This document shows positions 21,108-35,195 of a stretch of 64,000 bases of DNA, in pieces. A program made the position numbers and the translations under genes. The DNA is from Phoronis australis (Eukaryota > Animalia > Phoronida): assembly GCA_002633005.1 (NCBI GenBank), contig NMRA01000176.1:198988-262987 (forward strand). Reading direction: 5' to 3'. The notes under the pieces are model-generated. The model was not told the origin of the DNA and made no database searches. It saw only the letters and a list, made by a program, of their open reading frames with translations. Within the stretch, counting starts at the first letter, position 1. Each line of letters begins with the position of its first letter.

Positions 21108-22902
21108 TGGTTCACATAGCCGCCTAATTGTACGGCTCGGCTTTAGCTTTGCCTTCAGAAACTGTATTTGATCTTTTAATTAGTGCTTATTTAGAATAAG
21201 ACCTAGATTGTGTGTAGCCGATCAATGTCTCCCGTTCGTAGACAAGCAGGCAAGAACTTCGTATAAAGTACTCGAGGTGGTCCATCTGCACTTGGTATCC
21301 CCACACTCGTCGGATGATAACTTGCCCTAAGAGTTGGTCACGCGTACTGCGGATTAATTAGACCTTGCAAACCGTTTCCAAACAAGTATTGTTTTAAAGC
21401 GCTACCCTAGAAACTAATTGTTTTGGTCTGTACTGCATAGGGTGGAATCCGTCTTGACCTAATGATCGCTGTGTGGGACTTGAATTATGTGATTATGCTC
21501 TGTTGTTGTAACTAGTTGTTAGAATATCGATATTTTTTCAAACCTCTTTGTTTTAAAAATACTTTTTCATTCATGGTGAAAGGGTATCATATGTCAGGCG
21601 TTTTTTATTTTTTAAAATTTTTTTGAGTTGCTTTTCGCTCTATGTGTTTTAACGAAAAGATTATACACAGAGTTAGTAACTGGGTGAAAATCCCGCGCTG
21701 AGCTCAGTCTTTGAAAAAGGGTCATTATCGATTTTGCGACAGAAAAAAAATTTTTAGGGCGTATTGTTAAAAACGTAAAGTTAATAGACTTCTTGAAGTT
21801 ATCAGCTTTCCCCTATGTCCCATTCCAAGAAACTGGCTTAAGTTTATTTTCACTTAAGTCCAAGATTTTTTTCGAGTTCCAAACTTTGAAATTTCCACAT
21901 CCGGTAGAAATTCGTCAAAAATGAGACAAAACTAAGTCAAAAACTTAAGTCAAAATTATTATCTTTTTCTTGGAACGGAATTGAGAATTTTATGTACTTT
22001 TCTCAATTTAAAATTTGTATTAGGTAAGTCCTTTCTCTTGGAAAGGGCCCCAGAACTATAAAAGGATGTGGATTCGATTGTGGGATTTGGTTCTGAGGAT
22101 TAGTATTGGGCTGCTCAGTACTACGAGACGAAGGGATTCGATTCCGCACGCTTCCGCTTCTTGAAAACTACTCTTCTTGCTGAGAATGTCGGTTTTAGTA
22201 CTTCACAAACCATTGTGGTTTAGTGTGGGTGGAGTGTTTTGTCACTCAAAACACATTTGTCATCAGTTGCCATGGTGAATTCCTTGCATGTTAACATATA
22301 GATGAATTCTTTAAATATAGTTCACAAAGCACAGTGCTGATTTGACTAATGGTTCATTTTTTCATAGTTCTTATATGCCACCGACAGCAAGGGCTCTTTT
22401 AGTCTAATTCCGTTCACATCCCTTTTTGTGAATTAATACTCAGGAAAACAACAAAACACGATAGTTCTTTGGAATATGAGCTGCTTTGATATTCTATGCG
22501 TTTTTTTCAGTCTTGAGTTTTCGTAATGCACTCAATGAATGAGCTTTTTAGCCTTTAAAATAATTATGTCAATGACATATGTCAATGACATACGACACTA
22601 AAATTCGTTGCATCGCCAACAACGACACGACAGATTTCTGAGGATGAAGATCGACATGTTTGGAAATTAGCGGCAGGACTGATAAAAACTGTCAATGGTA
22701 CAATGTTTTTCACGGATAGATAAGGTTATTTGGAGTGCAACCAATGATGTGTTAGTCAAAAATTCAAATTTTTCTGAGAAATCCATGCACCTAAGGTTCC
22801 CACACGTTTGGAACAAAAATACAACATTGCGAAAAACGAAGGGTGTGATTTCTAATTATGACTACTATCAGGTGATAGTGCCGATGGATAATATCATCTC
22901 AT

Positions 22903-23253
22903 TTAACCGGTACCAACCCGGTTTTGGCTTATTTACATATATTAAAAATGACTTTCCAATCCAGTTCTCTGAAACAAAATAATGCCATGTAACCCTTAGC
23001 AACCTCCAAAAGTCTGCTAAACGGGCACGTGTAATCTACATGTACGTACGCTTTTAGCGAATTACCCTTCAACTGAGGGAAAAGGCCACCCACCAAGGAC
23101 CATAATGTCCAATCTGTGACATAGGGAGTATGGTCGGCTTTTAGTTGATTCCTGCCTTAACTTGGAAGAAGTTGATGCAGATGATGCATAGTTAGCAAGT
23201 GACAGAACGAAGATTGGTGGAAATCATCAAAACACAGTTTAATAACCTTTTAA
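22903..23253 (+). mobile_element. TTAA-flanked MITE (Kolobok-like), copy 2
   Basis: Similar to 16533-16894 over its length, with TTAA at both ends. Confidence 0.65.
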
Positions 23254-24828
23254 CAACGAGTGGTAGACAGGGATGCAAGTTTGCATTTCAAAGCTGCTAT
23301 AATATGAAGGACATCTAGAGGGGGTTTTACTCAACATTTGGGCGTTGTAGAAGATATAGCAACCGATGGTGCCCACGACACGCGGGCGTCGCGAATAATA
23401 TCGCGCTGTTTTAATAGAAATGCACTAAAAATATTAATCATGCAATGGGTTTAGAAATGTAAGCATCAAATTGAAGACCCTTGCACTAAATCTTACGCTG
23501 GTCAGCTTTAAATTCCTTTGTTTGGGATAAGGCTTTTGACTACTACTTTAATCAGTGACATAAACTCAAGTGGTCAGGGTTAGTGCACAATAGCGCTACC
23601 TTTAGGAGACTACGTGTGCCAAGGTTGATGTCCGATTATTCTGGAACTCATTGCGTGCAGAAGCGTTAACGCAAATGAATGTGTCGCGCGCTCAAGTACA
23701 ATGGGATACAGTCAATGGTATTACCTTACTTGCCATATATATTGGCTTAGTCATACGTTGATATTGATTTAATAATAGACGGCTCTCAATCGATCTATTG
23801 TGCAAATATATAGAGCGCGCTAGTTGTGTGTTTGGATTTACAGCAGTCTGCCGTGAGTATTTAGTATACGGGGAACAGGCTTGAACTTCTTCATCTAACG
23901 AATAAGTTCAGCAGACACAGAATGAGGACCTGTCATTTGCTCGAGCGCAACCTAGGACTCGCGTAGGGCCCTGAAACCGTCAATGTCGGTCATTACCAAT
24001 CTGCGAACGCAGGTGAGTGGTCATGGACGGACTGCAGGGTCAACACCATGAAAATGCTCTGATCTTCAAACTCTATAGTGCTTGAAAAAGCACAGAAGGG
24101 AAGGGTTTGTAAGTCGAATGCAATACATAGGCTGCGTGAGAAATAAACGATGTCCACGCATGATCTGTGATTACGTGACTTTTCAATGGGCACTGGCAAT
24201 ATATTCACTTCTTATGCATGCGATCAGTCCACTACTACAAATTAATCCCTCTAGGTTAGAGCCAGTAAATACAACAGGACAACTACCAGTTTCCCGACGC
24301 CGGCTACAGAAATGAGGAAGAACGATTTCTTTCTCTCTCCAGTGTCACTCAGATCAATGAGCTCTCATTGTTCAGATCGATGAACACAGAACGGTCATGG
24401 AATGTTTACACGTTTAACTTCAAGTATTATCTTCAATGTGTACACTCCTTAACTTGAAACATTATGGTTTTGGTTGCCTACACACTTACTGGACAATGTA
24501 TAGGTCAGATTTTTAGAATTCAACCAACGACGTAAAACAGCGCGTATATTCTTTTAAAAGGTTTGTAAATTACTAACGGTACTCAAAATTCAAGCCTACA
24601 GGTTCAGGTACACTTGAAATTTAGGATTTTCAATCATTCGATCTACATGTATATAGGATATCTTTTATTTCTAGATTAAATTTGTTAAGCGTGTTTTAAT
24701 AACACAGTATACATCGTAAGTTTATTAATAAGGGTGCCAAATCGACACTATACATCTTCAAAACAATTATAAATGGATTATTTTCGTCAGTTTCAGAGAT
24801 ACTCAGCTGAGACAGCAATGGACTGATC

Positions 24829-27800
24829 ATGATTTATAAGTACTTAAGTATATTGGTAAGCAAAGAATTTGTCTACATTCATTTATATTCAACATTTCAA
24901 TGCTACTTATGTACCTTTGAGAAAATACTTAGCGAACTTTTATCTCGATAGAAGCATTTAAATTTCTTTTAAATAAGTCGACTGTCAAAAACACGGACTA
25001 ACGTTTGCTGAAGATAGTTTAACGATGTAGAAGTGGCGTGCGTTCAGAAACGCTAGGACCTACGCTAGTACTTAGCTAAAACCTAGCCAAAGTCAATTGT
25101 TCTCATTAGAAATACACGGCAACATCTCACGCAATCTCGCGAAGTCTTCTTTTTCAGCGAGGTCCTAGCGTTACTGAACGGGAAGCTGGTCTCAATTTTT
25201 CGGTACTTAGGTTAAAAATGTTGCAGGGTCGGATCCAGGATTTTAAGTTAGGGTGGGTCAGGGCAGAAGATTAGCCAGGATTTTTACGGTTAGCCATTCG
25301 CTCCGCCGAACTGCCAAATGGAATCTGGGAGAATTATAGGGGGCATGGCCCCCTTTTGACCCCCTCTAAATCCGCCACTGTATTGTCTGCATGGGCTTAG
25401 GGAGAAAATGCAGTTCGCTAATGCTTGAAGCCATGATCGGGCAATCGAATAATCCAGGATATATCATGATGTATATCAAGCCAATTTATTGAGACAGGTC
25501 TTGAGGGATAGTGAACAATCATTTTTTCAACCTCCGGAATCCCTTGTAATCTGTCAGAAGCAATGTATTAGGAATATTCCCGTATCCCTAACTGGTTCAA
25601 ATTACGAAATGTTTTGACAGGAGGCGGGTGAGGGTCTATAGCAATTTAAATTATTTCGTACTTCTACACATGTTTGAGACGTCTTTCCTGATTGCAAAAT
25701 ATAAACGCGAATGGTGCGTGGGATGTGTCGGCTAACGGTATAGTTATTGGTTTTACAAGTCTTGTCTTGTGAGAAAACAGAAGGAAAGCAAAACGAACTT
25801 TTATAGAAGACGGATATCCAAGTAAGCTTGCGAAGAAAATAAATTTTATGGTTTGTCACTCTCGTTGAAGATTTGCATCGTGTCTACGCTCTGCAGCAGC
25901 GTGTTTTCCCAACGGTTGACGTCAAACTGTTCAACGAAGACAGCGAACTGCACGGGAGACCAAATTTACTATTGTTTTCCCAACCCGCTCAACAATGGTT
26001 GCTACCCACGGGTCAACTGTATCTCAGGTTTGTTGTAGACTAGCTAGGAAATTGGCAGACAACTAAAACGAGGACTGGATATAGAGCTGACTGTAGTAAA
26101 TCGATGATTTTATTAAAATGAAATTTTATAATGATAAGAAAGTGTCAAATCAAGTTAAGATTGTACGTCATTAATCAGTAACATGTATATTTATGTATGC
26201 TGACAGACATTCAGTATTCCAAGATATTCTTTCACTTGTTTTCACAAAGAACAGATTTTGAGCTATGGAATGAAAAATGTGTCCTTGAATAGAATTATTT
26301 CGTTAATTTAAGACCTGTAGCTCGCAGGCTTTTGTCGTCATTTTTACTATGACTACGTCTAAGTTTAAGCAACATTTCGCGTTGTTAGACTGCCAGAAAA
26401 ACAAAAATCGATTTTGGCCATTTTTATTGCAAAATATATTTTCATCTTCCCTCCATCTCAACTAATCACAGGTAGTGCAAACTACCCCCCGACGTTTTTG
26501 AATGCGCAGTCTTAGGTTGGTAGCTTTAGCAGGTAAATTAGGTATCTTTCAACCATGGTGGCGATTTTGTTGGTTAAGCTCTAGTCATGTCTAGGCTAGA
26601 AATTCAAAAATTAAACTGAGGTCTAAAAGTAACTATTGTAAATAATTTTTATTTCAAACTATTTTGTATCAGCTTCGTACGAACTCTGGCAGTAAAGATA
26701 TGCTCAATATTATATGTTCCCAGGTTCTTTCGTGGCTATCACTCCGCCGGCTACCAACTCGTCCCTAGGTCCATCATTGACGTGTAAGAAATGTTCACAG
26801 GGCCAGACAACGAACGCTACCAACTCGCTCAAATGCTATGAAGTGTGAGTATAGTGTAGACTGCCATCTAGCGACACGCCAAAGTCTTCCGTCCTTACGA
26901 ACCAAACGGGCGCTCACACAAAGGGCGCTCTTTTCTCCTCAACACACTTCTTTTCTTGCGAGTCGCAGCTCTTTTGTCGCTCACCGTATTAATTACGAAA
27001 ACATTTCCCTTCAACCTCAGTTCTCCTCACTATCTGACAGTGATAAGAGTCGTGCGTCAGCACGCTCGTGGTACAGTGTGTCAAATGCCTGCATAACAAA
27101 AGGGGAAAATTAACGAAATGGCAAGAAAAGAACAGCGGTAAGAAAGGAAACGCAAAACGGGAGAACAAATTTGTAGTCCTAAATGAAAACGGAGACTGTG
27201 AAGGAATTTGATGGCTCCCATTGCTAAACAATGTTTACGAATTCCGAAAAATCGCCTTTTGTTTTTACACATGCCATGATAGAACGTGATTTTTATCTAG
27301 AACTTGGACCATCCTTCCCAAAACGTGGACCGGTTAATATAATTTTCAGGTGAAATATCATTCGATTTGGGTGGTAGAACCAACTGCAATCGCAATTTGT
27401 GTCAAAAAAATCTTTCACAACCATTTATGAGAGTTTACCAGTCTGTTTTATGGTTTCCGTGTCTGCTGTAAGTAGCTAGGCTACGTGTGGGAGGGAAGCT
27501 TTGTTTAACGCCGGGTCTCATGTAGATAGTCTGATGCAAAGTCGACGTGGCAAGCACTGGTCATAGTTTTGGCAAGCTGCTATTGTCGTATGCATTTCTC
27601 GACACTCGTACTCCGCATCGAGTAATCCATTATTTTCGTGTTTCAGCTGCCCAGACGGACAGACGATGCTGGAAGGAAACGTGGTAGGCGACGCCAGATG
27701 TACAGAGAAGCGGAAGAAATTAAATTACGAGACTGTTATTTTCATCATCTGCGGCATCGTGGGATTCTTTTGTATGTAACAAAGAAGTTTTCTTGTGTAA

Positions 27801-30800
27801 CTTAAGGCCAAAAAGCAAAGTAGGTTCTGGTGTCTCTTTTTATTTGAAACCGAGTCAGTGTTGCTGTTATTCTTTATTTGTAGGAGACTTCACCTTAAAG
27901 GAACAAAACTGATGTGAGATCTGTTGTATTTTTTACTCATCGCGGACTTTCATGCTTTGCTTACCCTTCCTTAAGTGCCTTTGTTCAACCTTTCAAAAAC
28001 ACACGAAACCTTCCCTGAAATTGATTCGGGCATGCATTTTCTTTTAAGTTCGGCGAGCGCAGGTAGTGGTAGAAATCTGAACCAACAATTCTTTTCTGTC
28101 CTAAAGAGACGTTTCTATCTTGCTCCATACAAGTCACTGCCAAAAGCGCAGCTTGTGAACCAGGTTACACAATCACAAATCTGTCATGATAGACAATGAT
28201 TTCCAACCTCAAGCATATCATTCAGGGCAATCATGAAATAACTTAAGCCTACAGTTTTGACAGGGTTGCAACCCTTCCAAACAGGTCCGCTTCATGTCGG
28301 TAGTAGGTAAACTTTCAACCCACCCTTTGATGGTAGAAGCAAATGCTGTGATGGCAAGGTTTGTGGTAGTGAACCGGAATATTCGTGATTTACATGTTTT
28401 GAGTGCTGTGCCTGCTTATGGCTGTAGGAACGAAATGCACTTACAATGAAAAATCATTTATTTTTCATTGATTTTTTTCTAATTGATCGAATCGTTTTGG
28501 GTGACTAGGTGTTTCTGTAAGCTTAGTCGATAACACGAAAATCGTACTTTTGATTAGATATGAATGTTTTGATATTTTTTTCAGTGTTGTGCATCATAAC
28601 ATGGCGTTGTGTTCGATACAGTAAATGCTACAGGCAACAAGTTCACACGGCTAAAGATCGAAGACACGCATGCGCAGCATTTTGCGTGCGGCACTTCTGC
28701 CCGGAATGTTGTGAGTTGACCAAAACACCTGTTATGTGTGGTGTCAACAAAATAGTTATGTAGCAACAAATCAGGATCAGAACCCAACGCCATTCCCAGT
28801 TAATCTTATCAAGCAAATTGAAATCTTTTTTTCTTACGTAACTACTCGGTGGTGTAGTGGTTAGAATACCTTGATGACAATCTAGATGCCCCAGGTTCAA
28901 CCCATTGACTTGCACTAAGAATAAAGCGCTCATCATTGACCATCAGAAGTGTACAAATACACACATGCTCGTTCTTCTAAGAACTTGAAGATGGCAAAGA
29001 CATCACGGCGGACCGAAACGCCGTGTCAGTGTAAATAGGTTCGATCAGATACCAGAACATATAGAACAGATCAGTGTCAAATAGTTATCTGCAGACGAGT
29101 TACGTGTCTAATTTACTACCCAAGCCAACAAACCGTTTGACTAGTGTTGTCATAAACGTGCGTCATTGTAGCCTAGTATCCAAATCATCCCAGAAATGAG
29201 GGAAGATATAGTACCTGTACGTGTCGTTTGTTTATTGCTGCGATTTCTTACGAATGCATCCATTAAATGGCAGCAGCCCGTCTGTGAATGCACTGTGTGG
29301 GTTCGAATGACATACCTAACCCAACTGTATCAATGTCATGGTGGCCTGGTACGACCTACCCGCGATATATTATGCCCATGTATTGCTCTATGTGCAGTCA
29401 ACAAATAGAGAGAGAGAGAGAGAGATAGTAAAAGCCATTCTTAATACAGATAGTCATGCATCTATACAAGTCGTTCCTAGTTGCTAAGCGCATCTTAAAG
29501 TGACAAGAGAGGGACTTGTAGTAGTCGAAGGTTAAAACAAAACTAAGGTTTTACTAAGACTAGAGCTGCTTGCATGAAAGCCACCTACCGTCCCGTAACA
29601 AGCATTGCGCGGGGGTGGTTCGAACTTCTGGTACGGTGGATCTTTGATATTTTACAAACGTCGACACTTCAGAGTTTCCAGTAAGGCCCTTGACGCAGTT
29701 TCACAAGGGGGAGGGAAATCTACATACACAACGACGACTCTCAGCTCTATGTTCCCAACAGATCAGACGGAATTCGTAATACCAAAAACGAGGATTCCCT
29801 GACGGTTGCTCACAAAGAACGGGAGCCAAATTCGGATGTAATGTGGTCCAGAAAGAGAATGTTCCCGCGTTACCCCCTGCCAAACTTTCAAACCGGGCGT
29901 GCTTAAATGAGTGATTACACCTCATACATACTCGGTTGGAAATATTTAATCGAAGCATGATTGACTTGAATATTTTGATCTGGTTGTATTTTGCGTGTTA
30001 CTTAACTTGCTTACATCGCTGGAAATGGGAACAGCCCAGTATTCCAAAGGTTCACTACTCTGAAGGTTCACTTCTCCGAAAAAATCTAAAATTTCGAACT
30101 TGGGTGTGTCAGGCATCCCCTTTACCTGCAGAAATAAACGACACTTCGGTTATTAGAGGCACTAGGTGGTCTACCTATGCTTAAACAACGCCCGGATTTC
30201 ATGCGCATGGGAAATTGCCCGCATGTCTTTTGAAAACGAAAAATGAGTACGTAATGGGATTTTTAAAAAATTAAGAAGTAGGAATATTGATGAATTATCA
30301 ACCATGATACATTCATCAAATCCATGCAAGGTCGCATCATTTCACAGCGTGACTGAGCTAGTTTAGGGCTGCTGCCCCTCAAACTCACCCATCGGAACCA
30401 CGCGCATGGCCGGGTCGAAACTAAACGGTAGGCTACCCTGTCCCTACCAGTCTTCACGAAGTCGGAGAGTCCCATTCAGTCGTCTTGAATTTAAAATCGT
30501 CGCTATTAGTTGCTGAAGTCTTGACCTAATGTTGTCCCTGCTTCAGACTGAATGAGTTGATAGCCATATTGAAGAGTCACAATTGGCAGTGCCTTGGAAG
30601 TGAGCTCATTTGTAAACAATGTAATCAATGTTTTAAGAACTATTCAACTTTTGTACACCCTTTAAATAGTTACTAAATGGGCACAAATACAATACTTTTC
30701 TCATGTCAGTTCCGACTCGTTAGCACACAAGGCAGAGTAATGAACTTTCGGAGTTTTGGTTTCGGAATTGTGGACATTCGAAGTAGAGTGAACTTTCGAA

Positions 30801-32239
30801 GGTAGCGAACCTTCGCAGTAACTTCGGAGTAGTCGACTTTTGGAGTGGTGAACATTCGGAATAGTGACATGTAACCTTGGAAATCTTTTCCGTCAAGTTA
30901 TTTGCTCGTATGACGCACTGGTTGACAAGAGAAGACTTTCTTCATTGACCAAAGTTTATATTAGGTCTAGACCTAATTTTCCCTAATATTATGAACGGGG
31001 TTTTCATAGTGCAAGAAAATACGGTAGTTCATGTGGGTGCAGCACTGACAAAAGTGAGGCCTATATCCCCCCTGTGGTGCACCGCCCCCCCGGCATAACC
31101 ATGGGCGGCGCAGCACTGAAGAAAGTGGTGACTATAGCCCTCCAAACCCCTATGGTGCGCCGCCCATTTAGTTAAATGTCTGATTTTTGAGCAACGACGG
31201 AGGATTGCCTGTAGTGAATTTAATTATCATAGGCGTGTACTGAATTTAAAAGAATGGAAGCGCACACACGTGTATACGCATGCATGTGATCCACCAATCC
31301 ACAACCAAAGTGGCCGGAAATTTGTAAATGTCTGCATTTTACCGTACTCTGCCACTATCAAAATAGCAGATAAACCTACTTTTGGCTATATTGTTTCTTG
31401 GTCGATTTTAAGACGTTCACACGGAACTACCTTTTGGGAACTCTCTCGCTGCTATATAGCCTATTTAGGTATAGACATTTACTTCTAGGCTCCCGTGTTA
31501 CCCTATGTTGTAGCCACCACACACGTTCAATACCGATGAATAACATAAAGCCTCCTCTAATCGTCTGTACGATCCTGATCATCAAACACCATTCAGGCGA
31601 AGTTGACCGGGTACGGCCCGATAATTACGTGAACTAAATTCAAAATTATTAGTGACTTAGTTATCATTGCAGTTAGCAGTACCAGTAATTGCAACAATTT
31701 TGTTGTTGTCTATCTATATCCCATCTTTAACGGATAGGTCGGGCTGGACCTTTTCCGCGGGGGGGCAGGTTCGATCGAACCACCCGAACCCCCCCCCCCT
31801 GGCTACCGACGGGCCTGGTTAGTCACAAATAAAACTAAGTACCCGGTAATTCGTTTTAACAATTTTCTCACTACATGAGTGAAACACAAACCTGTGTTGA
31901 GTATCAACAAAGTGATTATATATTTATGTAAAAGTTGTACATGTACAATTATCTAGGGTTTACAATTCAAACTACGGAGGCAATAATGGGAGAGACTAAA
32001 ATAAGGTACAAATTAAGAATGATGCAACCTAAACTCTAACATGGTTGACACAATAGTATTCCTTAAGATAGCACACTCTTTTTTCAGATACTCGTCAAAA
32101 TTATCGTACCGACGGAGATAATCCCACTGCAACGGGAAACACGCAACGTGACGCACACACCAGCGGAACCGCCAGAACTTCAGAACAAGATGGTTTTCGC
32201 AACCCTGCCTTCAGTGAGACTTCTATTGACAGATATTGA
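24829..32239 (+). CDS. TNF receptor superfamily-like type I membrane protein, about 205 aa, no death domain
   Basis: Exons 24829-24855, 25871-26027, 26724-26844, 27647-27771, 28585-28620 and 32088-32239 join in phase. They give a signal peptide MIYKYLSILICIVSTLCSSVFS and a 10-Cys ectodomain with TNFR-type pattern CISGSFV..CKKCSQG..NSLKCYEVCPDG..GNVVGDARC. These are followed by TM VIFIICGIVGFFLLCIITW and a tail ending GFRNPAFSETSIDRY. Confidence 0.75.
25037..25188. mobile_element. Short MITE, with a second copy at about 33233-33380
   Basis: Inverted repeat GTTCAGAAACGCTAGGACC / GGTCCTAGCGTTACTGAAC. A homologous copy lies downstream of the TNFR-like stop codon. Confidence 0.7.
25225..25380. 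mobile_element. Short hAT-like MITE
   Basis: Termini CAGGGTCGGATCC and ATCCGCCACTG (CAG..CTG) with G- and C-run subtermini. No intact TSD. Confidence 0.45.
28843..28905 (+). mobile_element. tRNA-derived SINE head (degenerate)
   Basis: A-box TGGTGTAGTGGTT and B-box-like GGTTCAACCC at tRNA spacing. Confidence 0.45.
30040..30876. mobile_element. MITE-like element with inverted arrays of a GAAGGTTCACTACTCC-type motif
   Basis: Left end CCAAAGGTTCACTACTCTGAAGGTTCACTTCTCCGAA. The right end carries several reverse-complement copies (TTCGGAGTAGT, GGAGTGGTGAACATTCGGAATAGTG). Confidence 0.55.
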
Positions 32240-33526
32240 AAGGATATTAAAATAGCCTCAGCATCTATCAAATAACTATCGGTTTCCATAGCTTTCTGAA
32301 AATTACATTTTTACTAAAATAATTATATTTTAACCGTCCAAACAAGAGGTACGCTGGTTGGGCTTACGTGATACTGGTAAAATAACATCACCGTTTTTTC
32401 AGCATTCCCTTGGAATTGATAGTCTAATCTGCAACTGAAATGAAAAGGTCTTACTGGCAAATTTTAGAAGGGACGATCAACCAGGCTGCTGATTTTCTTA
32501 TCAAAAGAGTAAATGGCCTCCACACTGTAACTTACGGTACGTAGACGCTTCGTTAAAAGTGAAAAAGGTTGTGTACTGCGTCTGCTCCCAGCTACACCGT
32601 TGAAATGCATTGGACTTTGCGAGCCTACGTAATATATTGCCAGGTATTTTAAGTGAGAGCACGTGACTTTTGCTAGATTCTAGCGTTGCTGAACACACGT
32701 CTGGCCTCCACGAAAATCACAAATGCTGATTTGAAGGGCCGGAAGAAGTGGTAACGTTTTGATTCCGGAGTTTGTGTCAGATGATCAAGTGGGAATCGGT
32801 GCAGTTTTAAGTATTTTTTTAAACTGAGCTACGCTTGCAATGACTTCAAAAAACGGGTAATCAAGAGACATTTCTACCAAAGTTGGGACTGAAAGGGGTG
32901 TTATCAAGTTTTGAAAACATCGCTCTCAACTTTTAGTTGAAGAATGAGGTTACCGAAAATTTTGCACGCGCCGGGTCTTCAGACATTACAATACGAGCCT
33001 GTGCGTCATGCATTTGTGACGACTCAGTAGCAAGATATTTTTAATGTTTGTCACAAATTTTTTGGCCAAGGATACACTAACAAGCTCACATATTTAATAG
33101 AGGCCGAGTTTGCGGCACGTCCGAAATCAACATTCGGGAAGCTTTCCCGTGTATTTAAATATTCTCTACTTGGTTGAATCAGTTGGAAACCATTGTTTTG
33201 ATCAGTTTACTTGTTCAAATCAAAATCATTGCCAAGCGTGCATTCAGTAACGCTAGGACACAGCTAAAATCTAGTTATATGATAGTCATGTGTTCGCAGT
33301 TAGAATAAACGGCAATATCTTACATAATCTTGCGAATTCTTGCTTTTTAGCGGTCCTAGCGTGACTGAACGGGAGGCTGGAGGCTTGAGACACACATGAT
33401 GTTTATGAACGTTACCCAATGCCAAATTTTTTAATGTTAAAAGGATTGTTGTACAGAGTGAATTAATATGTAGTTTGTAATGGTTTGAAGAATAGTTGTT
33501 GTTTGTTGAGAAGACAGTTGTTTCAT

Positions 33527-33540
33527 AATAAAGTTTTATT
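33527..33540. terminator. Candidate bidirectional polyadenylation signal
   Basis: AATAAA-gt-TTTATT between the convergent TNFR-like (+) and annexin (-) genes. Confidence 0.35.
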
Positions 33541-35195
33541 TACTTTCGAAAGGATTGTACCAGACAATACAGTTTCTAATAAGGCCAAAATAGAATAACT
33601 GGTTCTAGTCAGTGTGGTGTTTTGACAAATTGGTGAGGAATTTTTCAGTCGTCCCCATCTTCAAAAAGAAAGTCACGTGATGCCACCTGGAATGGATCCG
33701 ATCCTTCCTTTTTTAACCCAGCGCCACCTGATGCCATCGTACAAAATGGTTTCACAATGAGTATGACACATATTTTAACCAGTTATGCTATTTTTGCCTA
33801 ACCTGAAGCACTAGCAGGATGGACAAATAACCTCATATATTCAGTAAATATTCAGTGATGGCCCTAACAGACAAAGTTACAAACAAATGGCGACAACAGA
33901 ATTTAACAGTTACATTCTGGAACAGTGAAAGAAACATGCCACGTTCTTGTTTACATATTTCAAAAAGACGCAGTGTATACATCAATAGCAAAATTTAAAA
34001 ACGATACACAATGATTTTATAATTCATATTTAGGAATAAAGAATTAATCTCTGGACATTCAAATGCCATTACACATTTTCAATCAAAATATGATAATTCT
34101 GGAGCGGAAGATTTTGTTTGGCATGAAATCATTTAATATCAAATTGTTTTTGCTTACTTTCAATCTGACAAAATGTACAAGAGCCTCTCAAAGAATAATT
34201 CGCATTATTAAATATTATTATATAATTTTACAACATACAATTCTAAAAAGAAGATCAAAATGCAGACAAATTAACAGGTCTGCGAATACACCAGAACAAA
34301 TCCTCCAAAATCAAGATATCTAGCAGGCACCAGCTCTCTGCTCCGCTGCTTATAAAGAAATTCACAACCTCTCAAGATGTTATCTATAACTACTCATTTA
34401 CAACACAAGCGTGTATACCCAAAGTGTTGTCTAATGAACATATTAAACAAACACCCTTCAAACATAAAGAACAAAGGGAATGTTCTAATATTTCTCATTG
34501 TCCTGATTTTACGCAACACGTAGTGATTTTACTTAAAATAAACCCTGTCTAATTTTGTAATAAGCCAATTAATTCATCATAAACTAAGCCATATTCCACA
34601 TCATTGGCTTCCTGCATAAATATTGAATTATGGTCTCAATTTATTATTAATTGGGTCATGTGACTATGACTTTCTAGTGAAATTTAGAAAAAGAAGAAAA
34701 GCACATGGATAACAAAACAACAGAATGAATAACATGATTAATTTCAATTATTCGATATATAATTAATGTTTAAGGTCAGATCTCGAAATACTGTTTCAAT
34801 TTTCTAAAATTTCACTCCGTTTTGGTTTTATGCAACTTTATTTTTTTCCAAGAAAATCACAAAAGCCAATTTTTTCATAGTCCCTCATGCAAAGACAAAA
34901 ATTTTTAAAACAATCCTAACAGCGTTTTGGAGAACAATGCATAAAGCAAAGTATCTGAAAGTTTCATATGAATCCATTTGGTTGTTCCTGAGATATGTTT
35001 TAAAGCCAGCCAAACTTGGGCATGTCTGTAAGGTCTGACATAATCTTAAACAGCAAAAAAAAGTACCAGCAGCCCAGAGCAAACAAAATAATGTGATCAG
35101 TTCACTCATAATCTACGGCATATGAAAGCAACGTGAACCTCATCGCATATAAAGCGAGCTATAACCTAACATAGTGTTCTCTGTCCTTCAACTCA

